From positions 70,307-134,306 of the forward strand of contig LAPX01000001.1 of the NCBI GenBank assembly GCA_001858525.1: a stretch of DNA of 64,000 bases. The letters run 5' to 3'. A program made the translations under genes and the position numbers. Source of the DNA: Vampirovibrio chlorellavorus. GTDB taxonomy: Bacteria > Cyanobacteriota > Vampirovibrionia > Vampirovibrionales > Vampirovibrionaceae. Of this stretch, positions 46,755-56,464 are shown one piece after another; position 1 is the first letter of the stretch; every line of letters starts with the position of its first letter. The notes under the pieces are model-generated. The model made no database searches. It had not been told where the DNA came from and saw only the letters and a list, made by a program, of their open reading frames with translations.

Positions 46755-47738
46755 ATGACTTCACCGTTTTTAACAACACAATCCGTTGGCACCTCCAGTT
46801 ACGCAGATCCTGCTGCTGGTAGCCCAGTAACTGCGCCTTCGAGCGGAAGCGCCAGCGATCCGCTTTTGGCTAAATATTTCGGCGGCGGGCAAACGCCTCA
46901 GTCGGGTCCTGCCTATGGCATGGGTAGCGGCTATGGTGGCTATGGTGGATACCCTACCTCGCCCTGGGGATATCCACCAGGACCAGGATATGGCCCACAG
47001 CAACCGCCCTTAAACGATGCCACTGCTTTGGCCCGTATTCAAAGCATTTCCGGACAGCTGGACGCCCAAGTGGTAGGACAGGCCGATGGGCTGATTGACG
47101 TCAACGATTTGCGGAGCGCTTTGGACGATAAGAGCGGCAAATACTCCAAAACCGATAAAGAGGCCATTCAGTACATGCTGGATAACCAGAGCGGACTTCG
47201 GGGCCGAGTGGATCATTTTGATGGCAAGGACGACGGCATGTTCAGTGTGGACACCCTCAACAAGCTGGTGGCCAATCCTTCATCCCAACCGGTCTTGCCC
47301 TTGGATCAGAAGTTGACCAACACCCAGGCGCTCTCTTCCTTGCAAACATTCATGAAAGATCATAAATGGGGCAGTCTCGATCGAAATAGTCTCAATCACA
47401 TTGCCCAATACGGTGATACCGAAGAGCAAAAAGCCGCGGCCAAAAAATTGCTCAACAACGAAGAACTATTTAAAGCGGCCGACACCGGTCGGGACAACAA
47501 CGGCGACTACGACAACAAGATCAGCTACGATGATATTGGCAGCCTTATTTTACGGAGCAACGTGGATAAAATTGGGGCCAGCACCACGAGCACGACCCCA
47601 CCTCCGGGCAGCGCGCCATACACGCCTATGTACTCCGGTAACTATTACGCGGATGCCTATTACAACAATATGTACGCCAGCACATTGGGTCCGGCAACCA
47701 GTTTGTACCAAAACGCACCCGGTTTGCCTCCCCGGTAA
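46755..47738 (+). CDS. Hypothetical low-complexity Gly/Tyr/Pro-rich protein.
   Basis: GYGGYGGYPTSPWGYPPGPGYGPQQPP. Asp/Asn-rich middle region (DxNDLRSALDDKSG, DNNGDYDNKISYDDIG). Confidence 0.5.
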   Translation: MTSPFLTTQSVGTSSYADPAAGSPVTAPSSGSASDPLLAKYFGGGQTPQSGPAYGMGSGYGGYGGYPTSPWGYPPGPGYGPQQPPLNDATALARIQSISGQLDAQVVGQADGLIDVNDLRSALDDKSGKYSKTDKEAIQYMLDNQSGLRGRVDHFDGKDDGMFSVDTLNKLVANPSSQPVLPLDQKLTNTQALSSLQTFMKDHKWGSLDRNSLNHIAQYGDTEEQKAAAKKLLNNEELFKAADTGRDNNGDYDNKISYDDIGSLILRSNVDKIGASTTSTTPPPGSAPYTPMYSGNYYADAYYNNMYASTLGPATSLYQNAPGLPPR

Positions 47739-47764
47739 TAGCAGATCCTATAAAAACGCCAGAA

Positions 47765-47792
47765 GCGGCACTCAAAGCAGTGCCGCTTTTTT
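47765..47792. terminator. Bidirectional terminator between a convergent gene pair.
   Basis: GCGGCACT-CAAAGC-AGTGCCGC hairpin with A5 upstream and T6 downstream. The T-run overlaps the pepA stop. Confidence 0.55.
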
Positions 47793-49356
47793 ACGCGGTC
47801 CAGCCATACAAGTAATACAACAGGGTGCGCACCCCAAAGCCTGTGCCTCCTTTGGGCACCTCTGCCACATCACTGGTAGTCCAGGCAGGGCCGGCAATAT
47901 CCAGATGGGCCCAAGCCCGTTTTTTATCCACGAATTCCTGCAAAAACATGCCGCCCGCCGACGAACCGGCTTGCCCCTTGGCCCCGGAATTGATCAGATC
48001 AGCCACGTCGCTCTTCAAAAATGCACGGTACTCCTCGTACAGGGGCAATTCCCACAGTTTTTCTCCGGCTTGCTCTCCAGCGGCTCTCAGCCCTTGAATC
48101 AGGGAGTCGTTGCTACCCATAATGCCAGCGGCCACTTTGCCCAGGGCCACCACACAGGCTCCGGTCAAGGTAGCAAGGTCCACCAGTTCATCCGGATCCA
48201 CCTGCTGCTGGGCGTACGTCAACGCGTCACACAAAATCAGACGGCCTTCCGCATCGGTATTGTTTACCTCGATGGTTTTACCGTTCATGGCGGTCACAAT
48301 GTCGCCCGGCTTGCTGGCATTGCCACTGGGCATGTTCTCGCAAGTGGGAATAAAACCATGCACCTCAATGTTTAAATCCTTCAGGACGGCCACGGCCTTG
48401 AGGGTGGCGATCACCGCTGCGGCACCGGCCATATCCATTTTCATCAGTTCCATGGAGGCCGCCGGTTTCAGAGACAATCCACCGCTATCAAAGGTAATGC
48501 CCTTGCCCACCAGAGCCACCTTCTTGGTGGGGGCGCCAGACGGTTTGTAGCAGAGGTGAATGAGATAAGGGGGCTGTTCGCTGCCCTGAGCCACCAGTTG
48601 GAAGGCCCCCATGCCAAGGGCCTTAATCCGCTCAAAATCCAGAACTTCACACTGTAAGCCGGGAATACTCTCGGCCTGTTGCTTTAAAAATGCCGGGGTC
48701 ACGTAATTGGCACTGTCATTGACCCAGTGACGGGCCAAATTGGTATGTTCTGCCACCAGTTGCCCCACCCGTAAGCCCTGTTGAATGGCCTCCAAACGAT
48801 CGGGCTGAGGCTCAACCACGGTCAGGACTTCCAAATCGGCAGCACCGTTGGAGGCCAACTCTCCGTTTTCGTCGCTGTTCTTTTTTAAATTTTTACGCAG
48901 GGTAAAGTCATATTGGCCCAACACGGCCCCTTCCGCCAACAAGCGAGAGGCCGCTTGCACCTCCATGCCCTGAACAACCGGCTCAGGCAAACCCATGGTC
49001 AGCTGTTTGACCTTCAATTTTTTGCAGGTCCGCACGGCAGCGGCAACAGCCCGACGCCATTGAGTAGCTTTCAAGTCTTCCGCTTTGCCCAAGCCCAGCA
49101 GCACCACATGCCCGGCAGGCAGCTTTCCATAAGTGGGCAGGGTCAGGGTTTCTCCCAGCTTGGCTTTAAAAACGGGGTTTTCCGCTTTCAAACACTGGGA
49201 AATATAGTTCCCCAATGCCGCATCCACCGCTTGGGCAGAGGCCTCCAGAGACTGAGTGCCCTGTAGCAGCCCCAGCACCAACACCTCACCCGAAACCTGG
49301 GCCAATTGCCCTGAAATCACCTCAAACCGCATACAGCCTCTCCTTGCATTTGCCAT
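47791..49356 (-). CDS. pepA: Leucyl aminopeptidase (M17).
   Basis: NTDAEGRL signature. 521 aa. Confidence 0.9.
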   Translation of the reverse strand: MANARRGCMRFEVISGQLAQVSGEVLVLGLLQGTQSLEASAQAVDAALGNYISQCLKAENPVFKAKLGETLTLPTYGKLPAGHVVLLGLGKAEDLKATQWRRAVAAAVRTCKKLKVKQLTMGLPEPVVQGMEVQAASRLLAEGAVLGQYDFTLRKNLKKNSDENGELASNGAADLEVLTVVEPQPDRLEAIQQGLRVGQLVAEHTNLARHWVNDSANYVTPAFLKQQAESIPGLQCEVLDFERIKALGMGAFQLVAQGSEQPPYLIHLCYKPSGAPTKKVALVGKGITFDSGGLSLKPAASMELMKMDMAGAAAVIATLKAVAVLKDLNIEVHGFIPTCENMPSGNASKPGDIVTAMNGKTIEVNNTDAEGRLILCDALTYAQQQVDPDELVDLATLTGACVVALGKVAAGIMGSNDSLIQGLRAAGEQAGEKLWELPLYEEYRAFLKSDVADLINSGAKGQAGSSAGGMFLQEFVDKKRAWAHLDIAGPAWTTSDVAEVPKGGTGFGVRTLLYYLYGWTA

Positions 49357-49686
49357 TAAAACGCTGATTCCATTATACGTGACTGCCCGCCTCAGCAGGG
49401 TCAGCCCCCAAGGCGATCACCGTCAGCCCCCTGTCATCCATTCAGAATTTGAAGCGGGCATTTCTAACGCCGGGTTGGTTTTAACTATTTTTGTAGCCCT
49501 GGTTTGAATATGCCTCATATTGATTAATTCTTTTGAGTGATCACCATGATGAGGTTATCTATTCCTCCCTCACCGAGCAATCACAGCTATCCGCCCTAAG
49601 ACTTTCCATAAAAGAAAAAGCCTGCCTTTCCCAGTATTCACACCCTCCGTGTTCCATCGTGAACCAAGCCCGCGAGAAACCGCAAA

Positions 49687-51654
49687 ATGCCCATCATCTC
49701 CACCTATCCAACCACCCACCCGCAAAAAAGTGGCGCCCCAACCTTGGCCCGTCAACCGATCAAGCCCCCCCACCAAGCGGTTCAGTTCGCGGGAGGGAAC
49801 CCACTGGACACCATCGATCCCAATCACCTGCAGCACATTAAAAATTTACCGGCCCACTTATCTCTTCAACAGATTGCCATGAGCATCGCCCCCAAAACCA
49901 GTGATCCCGCTGTTATGCAATATTTGGCCCAACGCTTTCAACAAAAATTCAACAACGTGGATCACCCAGTCAATCCCGTGCACCAGCAAACCTTGCTGCA
50001 TATTGCGGTCTCCGCAGGGCGTCCCAAACTGGTAGAAGCCTTGCTGAACGAAGGCGCCAACCCCCTCACCGAAAATAAAAAAGGGGAAGACGCGCTCGAT
50101 TGGGCTGAAAACAAAATAAGCCGAACCGCTTCTCCCGCTGACCGCCAAGCCATCCAGCAAATGTTGTTTAAACAGGTAAAAGCCTTGGCCAAACAACAAC
50201 CCATTGTGAAAGACGAAACACCCACCCTCGCCGCCGCTCACAGCAGTCATGCCTCCGCACCCGCTGGGCCATCTTCCTGGTTGAACAACTGGGGACTGGG
50301 TTCCCTCTTCGCACAGCAAAAGGAAGCATCCCAAAAACCAGCCGCCGATGCCTTGCCCAATGAGAAGCAGGAAGCGGAACCCCAGGCATTGGCAGCGCCA
50401 TCCGTTGAGCCTGCTGCTGAAGAATCGGCTCAAAAAGAGTTGGCCCAGCTCCAACAAACCCAAAGCTTGTTGCAAAGCCAGCTGGCCGAAGCCAAGCGGA
50501 ACCTAAAACAGCTGGGGGAGACGACCCAAAAGGCTGTGCACGATAAGAAGCAACTGAAACAAGAAAAAAAGCAGCTGGAAGCAGAACTCCAACAACTACA
50601 AGCAGAGACTGCCAGCTTGGAAAACAAGCTAAGCCATCAACAAACAGGCGCCGCGCAGGCAATAAAACGGCTCTCCAAAAAAGAAGACAGCCTTCGCAAG
50701 CGGCTTGAGCAAAAAACAGAAGATCTGCAAAAAGCTGAACAGAAGCTGGAAGCAATCCTGTTGACCCAAGACACCCAATTAAAAGCCCTGCAAGCCAGTC
50801 ACGCCCAACAAATCGCCAACCTAAAGCAAGAACTGCAGAATGCCCAAAAAATAGCCTTCCGCCCTCCCACTGCGGAATCCCCAACCTCGTCTTCATCCGG
50901 CTCAGCGCCTGCCCAAAGCACCCAAGACCGAGCAAAAGCCGGAAAGCTATACGCCAAACTCAACGGGCTGCAAACGGACTTAAGCAAAGCCAATGCCCGA
51001 ATTCACCACCTGACTGAAGAATTGATGCTGGTTCAAAAACAGTATCGGGACTGGATTGCCCGCTTGCTGCAAGAAAAGGATTCACTGAACTTTCAGTTGG
51101 CCCAAACCCAGTGGCAGCGGGATGAAAGCGCCATCATTCTGCCCAAAGTGCATCAGGTCAACGAGCAGTTGGTGGCCAACATGAACCATCAGGGCCGGGA
51201 ACTGCAAACCCTCCGCCAGACCATTAGCCAGCAAACGGCGGCACTGTCAGCTCAGCAAGCCCAGTTGGCAGAACAAGCCCAGCAAATCCAGGAACAAGCG
51301 GAACTCATTGAAAAACAAAAAGCCCAGAAACAGACACTGTCCAAAACCGCAGAACATGCCATGAAACTCAGCACTTCCCATCGCCGGGATTTACAGAGGC
51401 AAGTCCAGGAGACTTACCAAATCATACTGGATTTGCTGGCACAAAAACGGGAAGCTGGATTCAACGGAAATGACTTTGTTGAAATTGAATCCGACTTGAA
51501 ACAAATCATCGCCTTTCAGCAACAGCAATTAAAAAGCAGCTCTCTGTTATCCACGGCACTGGCGGCACCCAGCACATCTGAAGCCGATGAGTCATCCGAG
51601 GCCGACACGCCCCCACTCAGACGGATACCACTGCGTTCCAAGTCCTTTCGCTAG
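49687..51654 (+). CDS. Protein with N-terminal ankyrin-like repeat(s) followed by a ~450-aa coiled coil.
   Basis: QQTLLHIAVSAGRPKLVEALLNEGANPLTENKKGEDALDWA ANK unit. Long heptad-rich Q/E/K/L region. Confidence 0.6.
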   Translation: MPIISTYPTTHPQKSGAPTLARQPIKPPHQAVQFAGGNPLDTIDPNHLQHIKNLPAHLSLQQIAMSIAPKTSDPAVMQYLAQRFQQKFNNVDHPVNPVHQQTLLHIAVSAGRPKLVEALLNEGANPLTENKKGEDALDWAENKISRTASPADRQAIQQMLFKQVKALAKQQPIVKDETPTLAAAHSSHASAPAGPSSWLNNWGLGSLFAQQKEASQKPAADALPNEKQEAEPQALAAPSVEPAAEESAQKELAQLQQTQSLLQSQLAEAKRNLKQLGETTQKAVHDKKQLKQEKKQLEAELQQLQAETASLENKLSHQQTGAAQAIKRLSKKEDSLRKRLEQKTEDLQKAEQKLEAILLTQDTQLKALQASHAQQIANLKQELQNAQKIAFRPPTAESPTSSSSGSAPAQSTQDRAKAGKLYAKLNGLQTDLSKANARIHHLTEELMLVQKQYRDWIARLLQEKDSLNFQLAQTQWQRDESAIILPKVHQVNEQLVANMNHQGRELQTLRQTISQQTAALSAQQAQLAEQAQQIQEQAELIEKQKAQKQTLSKTAEHAMKLSTSHRRDLQRQVQETYQIILDLLAQKREAGFNGNDFVEIESDLKQIIAFQQQQLKSSSLLSTALAAPSTSEADESSEADTPPLRRIPLRSKSFR

Positions 51655-53456
51655 GGATTGCCTAACAACCGCTCAATCACAGCTGGCTCTGGGCTGACAA
51701 ACAGGGTTTGCTCGTTCTTGTAATTGACGTGCCCCGGGTAGGACTGGGGAATTTTACGCACGTGTTTACAAGCGGTATAAAGGACTGGCACATTTAAACT
51801 ATGGCGGGCGGAGCTGTAATAGGCCGCCAACATGGCCGCCTCCAGCAAAGTGGTGTCAGGCACCGGCTCTTTTCCAGTCCGAATAAGCACGTGAGAACCG
51901 GGCATTTGATGCACATGCAACCACCAGTCATCTGAACGGGACAGCTTCCCCACAATGGCATCGTTGCCGTAGGCGCTTTTCCCCACCAAAATTTCCAGAC
52001 CATCGGATGATTGCAGGGTCAGAACGCCCGCTTTCTCATCCGCTTTGGCACCGCCGCCCCCCTGTTTTTGCTTTTTATCCGCCAACAATTTGGGGGAAGC
52101 ATTGCTAAAGCCTGCCGCGATCATCTCGGCTTCCAGCGTGTCAAACTCGGCCAGACTTTCCGCCTGAACCACCAATTGCCGCAAACTGGCCAGATAATCC
52201 CTTTCTTCCTGAAGCTGGTGGAATAATTGATCGTAGGCCTCTTGTCTGGCCTTGGCCTTTTTGGCCCGACGATAGTACAGCTGGGCGTTTTCCACCCAGT
52301 CCACTGCCGGATCAATCTCAATGGGCCAGGGGCTTTCATCTTCATAATGCGTCAGGGCCACCACCGTTTGACCCGGCTCGGGATGGGCGGGTACTTCCCG
52401 GGCGCTGAAGGCGGACAGCAGGCGATCGCCAGTGGCCTGAAAGCCGGTAATTTGTTCATCCGACACCGGCGTCAGTTCTTTTTCTCTGGATCGGCGGCGC
52501 TTTTCCCGTTGATCCAGCTTGAGCAGGAGCTGCTCACTCTTGCGCTTCAGTCTCAAGGCCTTCAGGTGGCCGATGAAATATCGCTCCACCAAAGCGTTCA
52601 CGGAGTCAAAGGGCACAACCGCCTCCGCAGCGTGAATGTGGCCCAGCAGGCCAAAGCGCTCCCCGTCCTGGGAGATGACCGGTTGTAGCGCCTGAGCGGT
52701 ATCCAGCTTTTGCAATTGCCGGTACAGCTCTTCTTTGGAACCTTCAAGGGAATTTGCAGGGGAATCCTCAGCGATGGCCCAGGCGTCTTCCAGCATGCGC
52801 AAGCCAAAACCGGCCAGATTGGCGTTTAAAAAGCGCAGCGGGGGCTCTTCCACCGGCTTGTGCGCTAATAAATCGCAAAAGACCGGGCCAGACAAACCCG
52901 AGATCAAACGCTTGCCCGCGGGCTGGGGCGGTGGAGCGTAGGGCAAACCCGCCGCCAGCTCCCGATGACTGCTCATATGCTCGCCCACCCCATGGGCCAC
53001 GGCCAGAATGTCCCCACGTTCATCATCGTAGAAAATCATGTTGGTGTGCTTGCCCATCAACTCCAGAGACAAGACCAGTCGCACTGGCTGACCCAGTTCA
53101 TTCAGGTTCTCAAACACCAGATTGAGCACCCGCTCCCCGGGCAGGGTGTTCACTTGCGATAGATTGGCCCCTTGCAAGTGCTTGCGCAACAGCATGCACA
53201 AAGCGGTGGGCTTGGCGAAACTGTTCAGTACCGTTTCCTGCCGGACTTTTGGTCGGGTTAGCACACAAAAGGGGGCTTCCGGGCTCAGCTGGATGTAAAA
53301 CAAATTGAGCTGTTCCGGGCGAGGAGCCCCACCCCAAAAAGTGATCAAAAACTCATGCGGGCTGGGATGCTGAACTTTACTGACCTTGGCGTTGCGCAGC
53401 AAGCCATCCAGCTCCAGGGCCAGTGCTTTCAGGGAAAGGGCATCCAGTTGTTGCAT
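51651..53456 (-). CDS. rqcH: NFACT-family ribosome quality-control protein (RqcH / FbpA-like).
   Basis: NFACT-N start (MQQLDALSLKALALEL...), coiled-coil middle, NFACT-R/DUF814 (HVHQMPGSHVLIR). Confidence 0.8.
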   Translation of the reverse strand: MQQLDALSLKALALELDGLLRNAKVSKVQHPSPHEFLITFWGGAPRPEQLNLFYIQLSPEAPFCVLTRPKVRQETVLNSFAKPTALCMLLRKHLQGANLSQVNTLPGERVLNLVFENLNELGQPVRLVLSLELMGKHTNMIFYDDERGDILAVAHGVGEHMSSHRELAAGLPYAPPPQPAGKRLISGLSGPVFCDLLAHKPVEEPPLRFLNANLAGFGLRMLEDAWAIAEDSPANSLEGSKEELYRQLQKLDTAQALQPVISQDGERFGLLGHIHAAEAVVPFDSVNALVERYFIGHLKALRLKRKSEQLLLKLDQREKRRRSREKELTPVSDEQITGFQATGDRLLSAFSAREVPAHPEPGQTVVALTHYEDESPWPIEIDPAVDWVENAQLYYRRAKKAKARQEAYDQLFHQLQEERDYLASLRQLVVQAESLAEFDTLEAEMIAAGFSNASPKLLADKKQKQGGGGAKADEKAGVLTLQSSDGLEILVGKSAYGNDAIVGKLSRSDDWWLHVHQMPGSHVLIRTGKEPVPDTTLLEAAMLAAYYSSARHSLNVPVLYTACKHVRKIPQSYPGHVNYKNEQTLFVSPEPAVIERLLGNP

Positions 53457-53471
53457 AAATTGTATCGATTT

Positions 53472-53972
53472 CTAGCACCCGGTGGGCTGAGCGGCAGCAC
53501 CCAAGCGCTGCTGGATGGTCTCAATGACCGAAGAGGTTGAACGGTTTTCCACCATGGGTACAAACTTGACCTGAGTGCCAATTTTACGCAAGGTGGCCAT
53601 CTCCGGCAAGTTGCCTTCGTTGTATTGGGCGCCCTTGGCGTGAAAGTCGGGCACGATTTTTTCCAGCAAAGGCTCCGGGGTGTCCTCATCAAAGAGCACC
53701 ACGTAATCGACACAGCCTAGGCCAGCCACCAACTCGGCGCGATCAGCCTCTGTCACGATGGGCCTTTGGGGGCCTTTCAGGCGGCGTACGGACGCATCCG
53801 AGTTGACCAGTACCACCAGCGTTTCGCCCAGGGCCTTACAGCCTTGCAGATAGCGTAAATGTCCCACGTGCAGAATATCAAAACAGCCGTTGGTGGTGAC
53901 AATAGAAGACTGGCCCCGCAAGGGGGCCAGTGCTTCCATCAAGGCTTGTAGTGAAACTACTTGCCCCATCAC
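53472..53972 (-). CDS. Cytidylyltransferase-fold D-glycero-beta-D-manno-heptose-1-phosphate adenylyltransferase-like protein (RfaE domain II type).
   Basis: TNGCFDILHVGHLRYL nucleotidyltransferase motif. Confidence 0.75.
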   Translation of the reverse strand: MMGQVVSLQALMEALAPLRGQSSIVTTNGCFDILHVGHLRYLQGCKALGETLVVLVNSDASVRRLKGPQRPIVTEADRAELVAGLGCVDYVVLFDEDTPEPLLEKIVPDFHAKGAQYNEGNLPEMATLRKIGTQVKFVPMVENRSTSSVIETIQQRLGAAAQPTGC

Positions 53973-55144
53973 TATTGGTGTCCAGCGGCGCTTTTGCCAG
54001 CATCAGCCGATTGCTCGACGGGCTGGGCAGCCTGACCGGGAGCCGGAGCCATACCACCCTGCTGAGCGCCCATTTCAGGCTCTTTGGGCTGGTATGCTTT
54101 TTCCACGTCGATTTTGGCGGCAGCCTTTTGTTGCTGTGCCCACTGTTGCAGGAAAGCCTGCTTTTTCTGTTGGGACATCTGCTCACGAATGGCCGCTTTG
54201 GCCTCATCGAAGGTCTGCTGATGGGCCGATTTGCGGTCCAGCACCTTGATAATGTGATAGCCAAACTGGCTGGTCACCACACCCGGGTAGAGCTGCCCTT
54301 TTTCAGTTTTATCGGCAGCTGCCCAGAAAGAGGGATCCACGGTGCCTTCCGGCATAAAGCCCAAGTCACCGCCTTTAACGGCGGACATGGTGTCTTCGGA
54401 ATTCTTCTTGGCGATTTCCTCAAACTTGGCTGGACTGGCTTTGACTTCCTCATACAATTTATCGGCTTTGGCCTTTAAGGCCTGCTTCTTGGCTTCCACG
54501 CCCTTTTGCAAGTCAGCGTCCGAAATTTTTTCGTTGGCCTTGCGCAATTCCTGCTTCAACTGGGGTTCGATAGCCTTCACCAGAATATGCTCAGCATGAA
54601 TGCTTTCCGGCATTTTGAACTGCTCTACGTTTTTATCGTAGAAGTTTTTCACTTCCGCATCGGTAACCTGAACCTGCTGGCCGCCTTTGGCTTCCATAAA
54701 TTTGTTCAGCAACAGGTTTTCACGCAACATAGCGTCAAAATCGGACTCCTGCATTTTATTCTGGCTGAGGAATGCTTTGAACTGCTCTTTCAGGGCCGGA
54801 TCGTTAAAGATTTTATCCTGTTTGTACTGTTTCACTTCTTCATCGGAAACCTTAATACCGGCCTTGGTGGCCTCAGTGGTAATCAGGGTCTGCAAAATAA
54901 GCTTGTTCAGGGTCATTTGCTTGAGGTAATCATCCAGCATGCCCTTTTGTTCTGCCGGAACGTTTTCCAGATGGAAGGACTTCTGGAATTCGTTGTAAGT
55001 CTTGTCATACTCGGCTTTGGAAATAACAGCACCATTGACGGTGGCTACTTTCTGCCCGCCAGCCAAACCGCCGTTGGCACAGCCGGATACCATCACGGTA
55101 ACGGCCAGCATACCAGCCAACAGGGATATTTTCATTTTATCCAT
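53972..55144 (-). CDS. SurA/PrsA-like parvulin peptidyl-prolyl isomerase lipoprotein.
   Basis: Lipobox MVSGC. C-terminal parvulin domain (...FGYHIIKV). Confidence 0.8.
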   Translation of the reverse strand: MDKMKISLLAGMLAVTVMVSGCANGGLAGGQKVATVNGAVISKAEYDKTYNEFQKSFHLENVPAEQKGMLDDYLKQMTLNKLILQTLITTEATKAGIKVSDEEVKQYKQDKIFNDPALKEQFKAFLSQNKMQESDFDAMLRENLLLNKFMEAKGGQQVQVTDAEVKNFYDKNVEQFKMPESIHAEHILVKAIEPQLKQELRKANEKISDADLQKGVEAKKQALKAKADKLYEEVKASPAKFEEIAKKNSEDTMSAVKGGDLGFMPEGTVDPSFWAAADKTEKGQLYPGVVTSQFGYHIIKVLDRKSAHQQTFDEAKAAIREQMSQQKKQAFLQQWAQQQKAAAKIDVEKAYQPKEPEMGAQQGGMAPAPGQAAQPVEQSADAGKSAAGHQ

Positions 55145-55369
55145 GGAATACTCCTTAAGAACTCGTGGTTGACTCTCTCACTATAATACGGGCTTCAAAC
55201 TGCTCTCACATCCGGTGAAATCAGGGGCACGGGGTTCCTGTTGGCAGGCAGTCGTAAACCAAAAAACAATAATTGCCTCAAAAACACATTGCCCAATGAA
55301 ATAGAGGAACATCCTCCAGATTTCCACTCGCGTAAAAACTCCCCCTATTATATACAAAAATCCCCTATA

Positions 55370-56419
55370 ATGAAGTGTATGGAAGATGCAGAAGCTGGAC
55401 AGAGAGTAGAGAAGAGCATTGAAAGGCGCGATGATAGGCGAGTCGATAGCTTTGGGCTGGACCGCTTTGAAGAAGGTGCTGCCGCTTTTTTCAGCTACCT
55501 GGATGTGACCCGTAATTTATCCCCCCATACCCTGCGGGCTTACCAATCAGACATGAGCAACTTTCTGGGGTGGCTGGATGGCTTTTCCCTTGAAAAACAG
55601 TCGTTAGAGGCCAATCCCAGCACGTTCTGGCGAGAAATTCCCGCCGCTTACATCGCCCATCTCAGCGCCCAGCAGTTATCCAAAACCTCTTTGGCTCGCA
55701 AAGGTTCCTCCCTGAAAACATTTTTTAAATTTCTGATGAAAGAACGCTACTTTGAAGAGAATAGCCTGCCAGTGGTGTTCCACAGACCCCGCCTGTCCCG
55801 CAGGCTGCCCAATTTTATTTCTCCAGCGGAAATTGAGCAATTAAGGAGTGCCGCCCTCCATGAACCGGAATCGCCCCTGAAATGGCGAAATCTGGCCATT
55901 CTGGAAGTACTCTTCTCTTCCGGAGTTCGGGTCAGTGAACTGTCCTCACTGAATGTGGGACATGTCAACTGGGAGGAGCTGGAACTGCTCATTCAGGGAA
56001 AAGGCGGTAGACAGCGGCTGGCCTTTTTCAGTCAGCGGGCCCTGCAAGCACTGCTGCAATACAAAGCACTGTGGTCCGAGTTGTGCGCGGAGCCCATGAC
56101 CGCGGATTGCCCGTTGCTTTTAAATAAAAATGGCACCCGTCTGGATGTGCGCAGTATTCGGCGCATTTTGCTGGAACTGGGAAAGCAGGCCCAGGTGGAT
56201 AAGCCCATGCACCCCCATGTGTTTCGACACAGTTTTGCCACCCATTTACTCAACAATGGGGTGGATCTGCGCATTGTGCAGGAGTTGCTGGGGCATGTCA
56301 GTATCCGCAGCACCCAGATTTACACGCACGTCAGTACGGAACGCCTGAAGCGGGCTTATATGAAAGCCCATCCCAGAGCGGCTCAAGGTAACACCACCCA
56401 ACAGGGGAAGAGGGTATGA
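55370..56419 (+). CDS. Tyrosine recombinase (XerC/XerD family). The ORF track starts at 55241; I chose an internal Met.
   Basis: Catalytic R...HxxR...Y region HPHVFRHSFATHLLNNGVDLRIVQELLGHVSIRSTQIYTHV. N-terminal SAM-like core-binding domain. Confidence 0.8.
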   Translation: MKCMEDAEAGQRVEKSIERRDDRRVDSFGLDRFEEGAAAFFSYLDVTRNLSPHTLRAYQSDMSNFLGWLDGFSLEKQSLEANPSTFWREIPAAYIAHLSAQQLSKTSLARKGSSLKTFFKFLMKERYFEENSLPVVFHRPRLSRRLPNFISPAEIEQLRSAALHEPESPLKWRNLAILEVLFSSGVRVSELSSLNVGHVNWEELELLIQGKGGRQRLAFFSQRALQALLQYKALWSELCAEPMTADCPLLLNKNGTRLDVRSIRRILLELGKQAQVDKPMHPHVFRHSFATHLLNNGVDLRIVQELLGHVSIRSTQIYTHVSTERLKRAYMKAHPRAAQGNTTQQGKRV

Positions 56420-56464
56420 CAATTATCGATCGTTTGAATACAGAAGCCGGGGTCACTGAGGCGC

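Noticed and set aside
47401-48375. 324-aa plus-strand ORF.
   Set aside because: Lies antisense within pepA and overlaps the preceding gene. Arg/Pro/Thr-rich composition typical of a spurious reverse-frame ORF in GC-moderate DNA.
50168-50935. 255-aa minus-strand ORF, plus several shorter ones.
   Set aside because: Antisense to the coiled-coil gene. Repetitive Q/E/K/L codons generate long open antisense frames.
54506-55186. 226-aa plus-strand ORF.
   Set aside because: Antisense to the SurA-like PPIase gene. No motifs.
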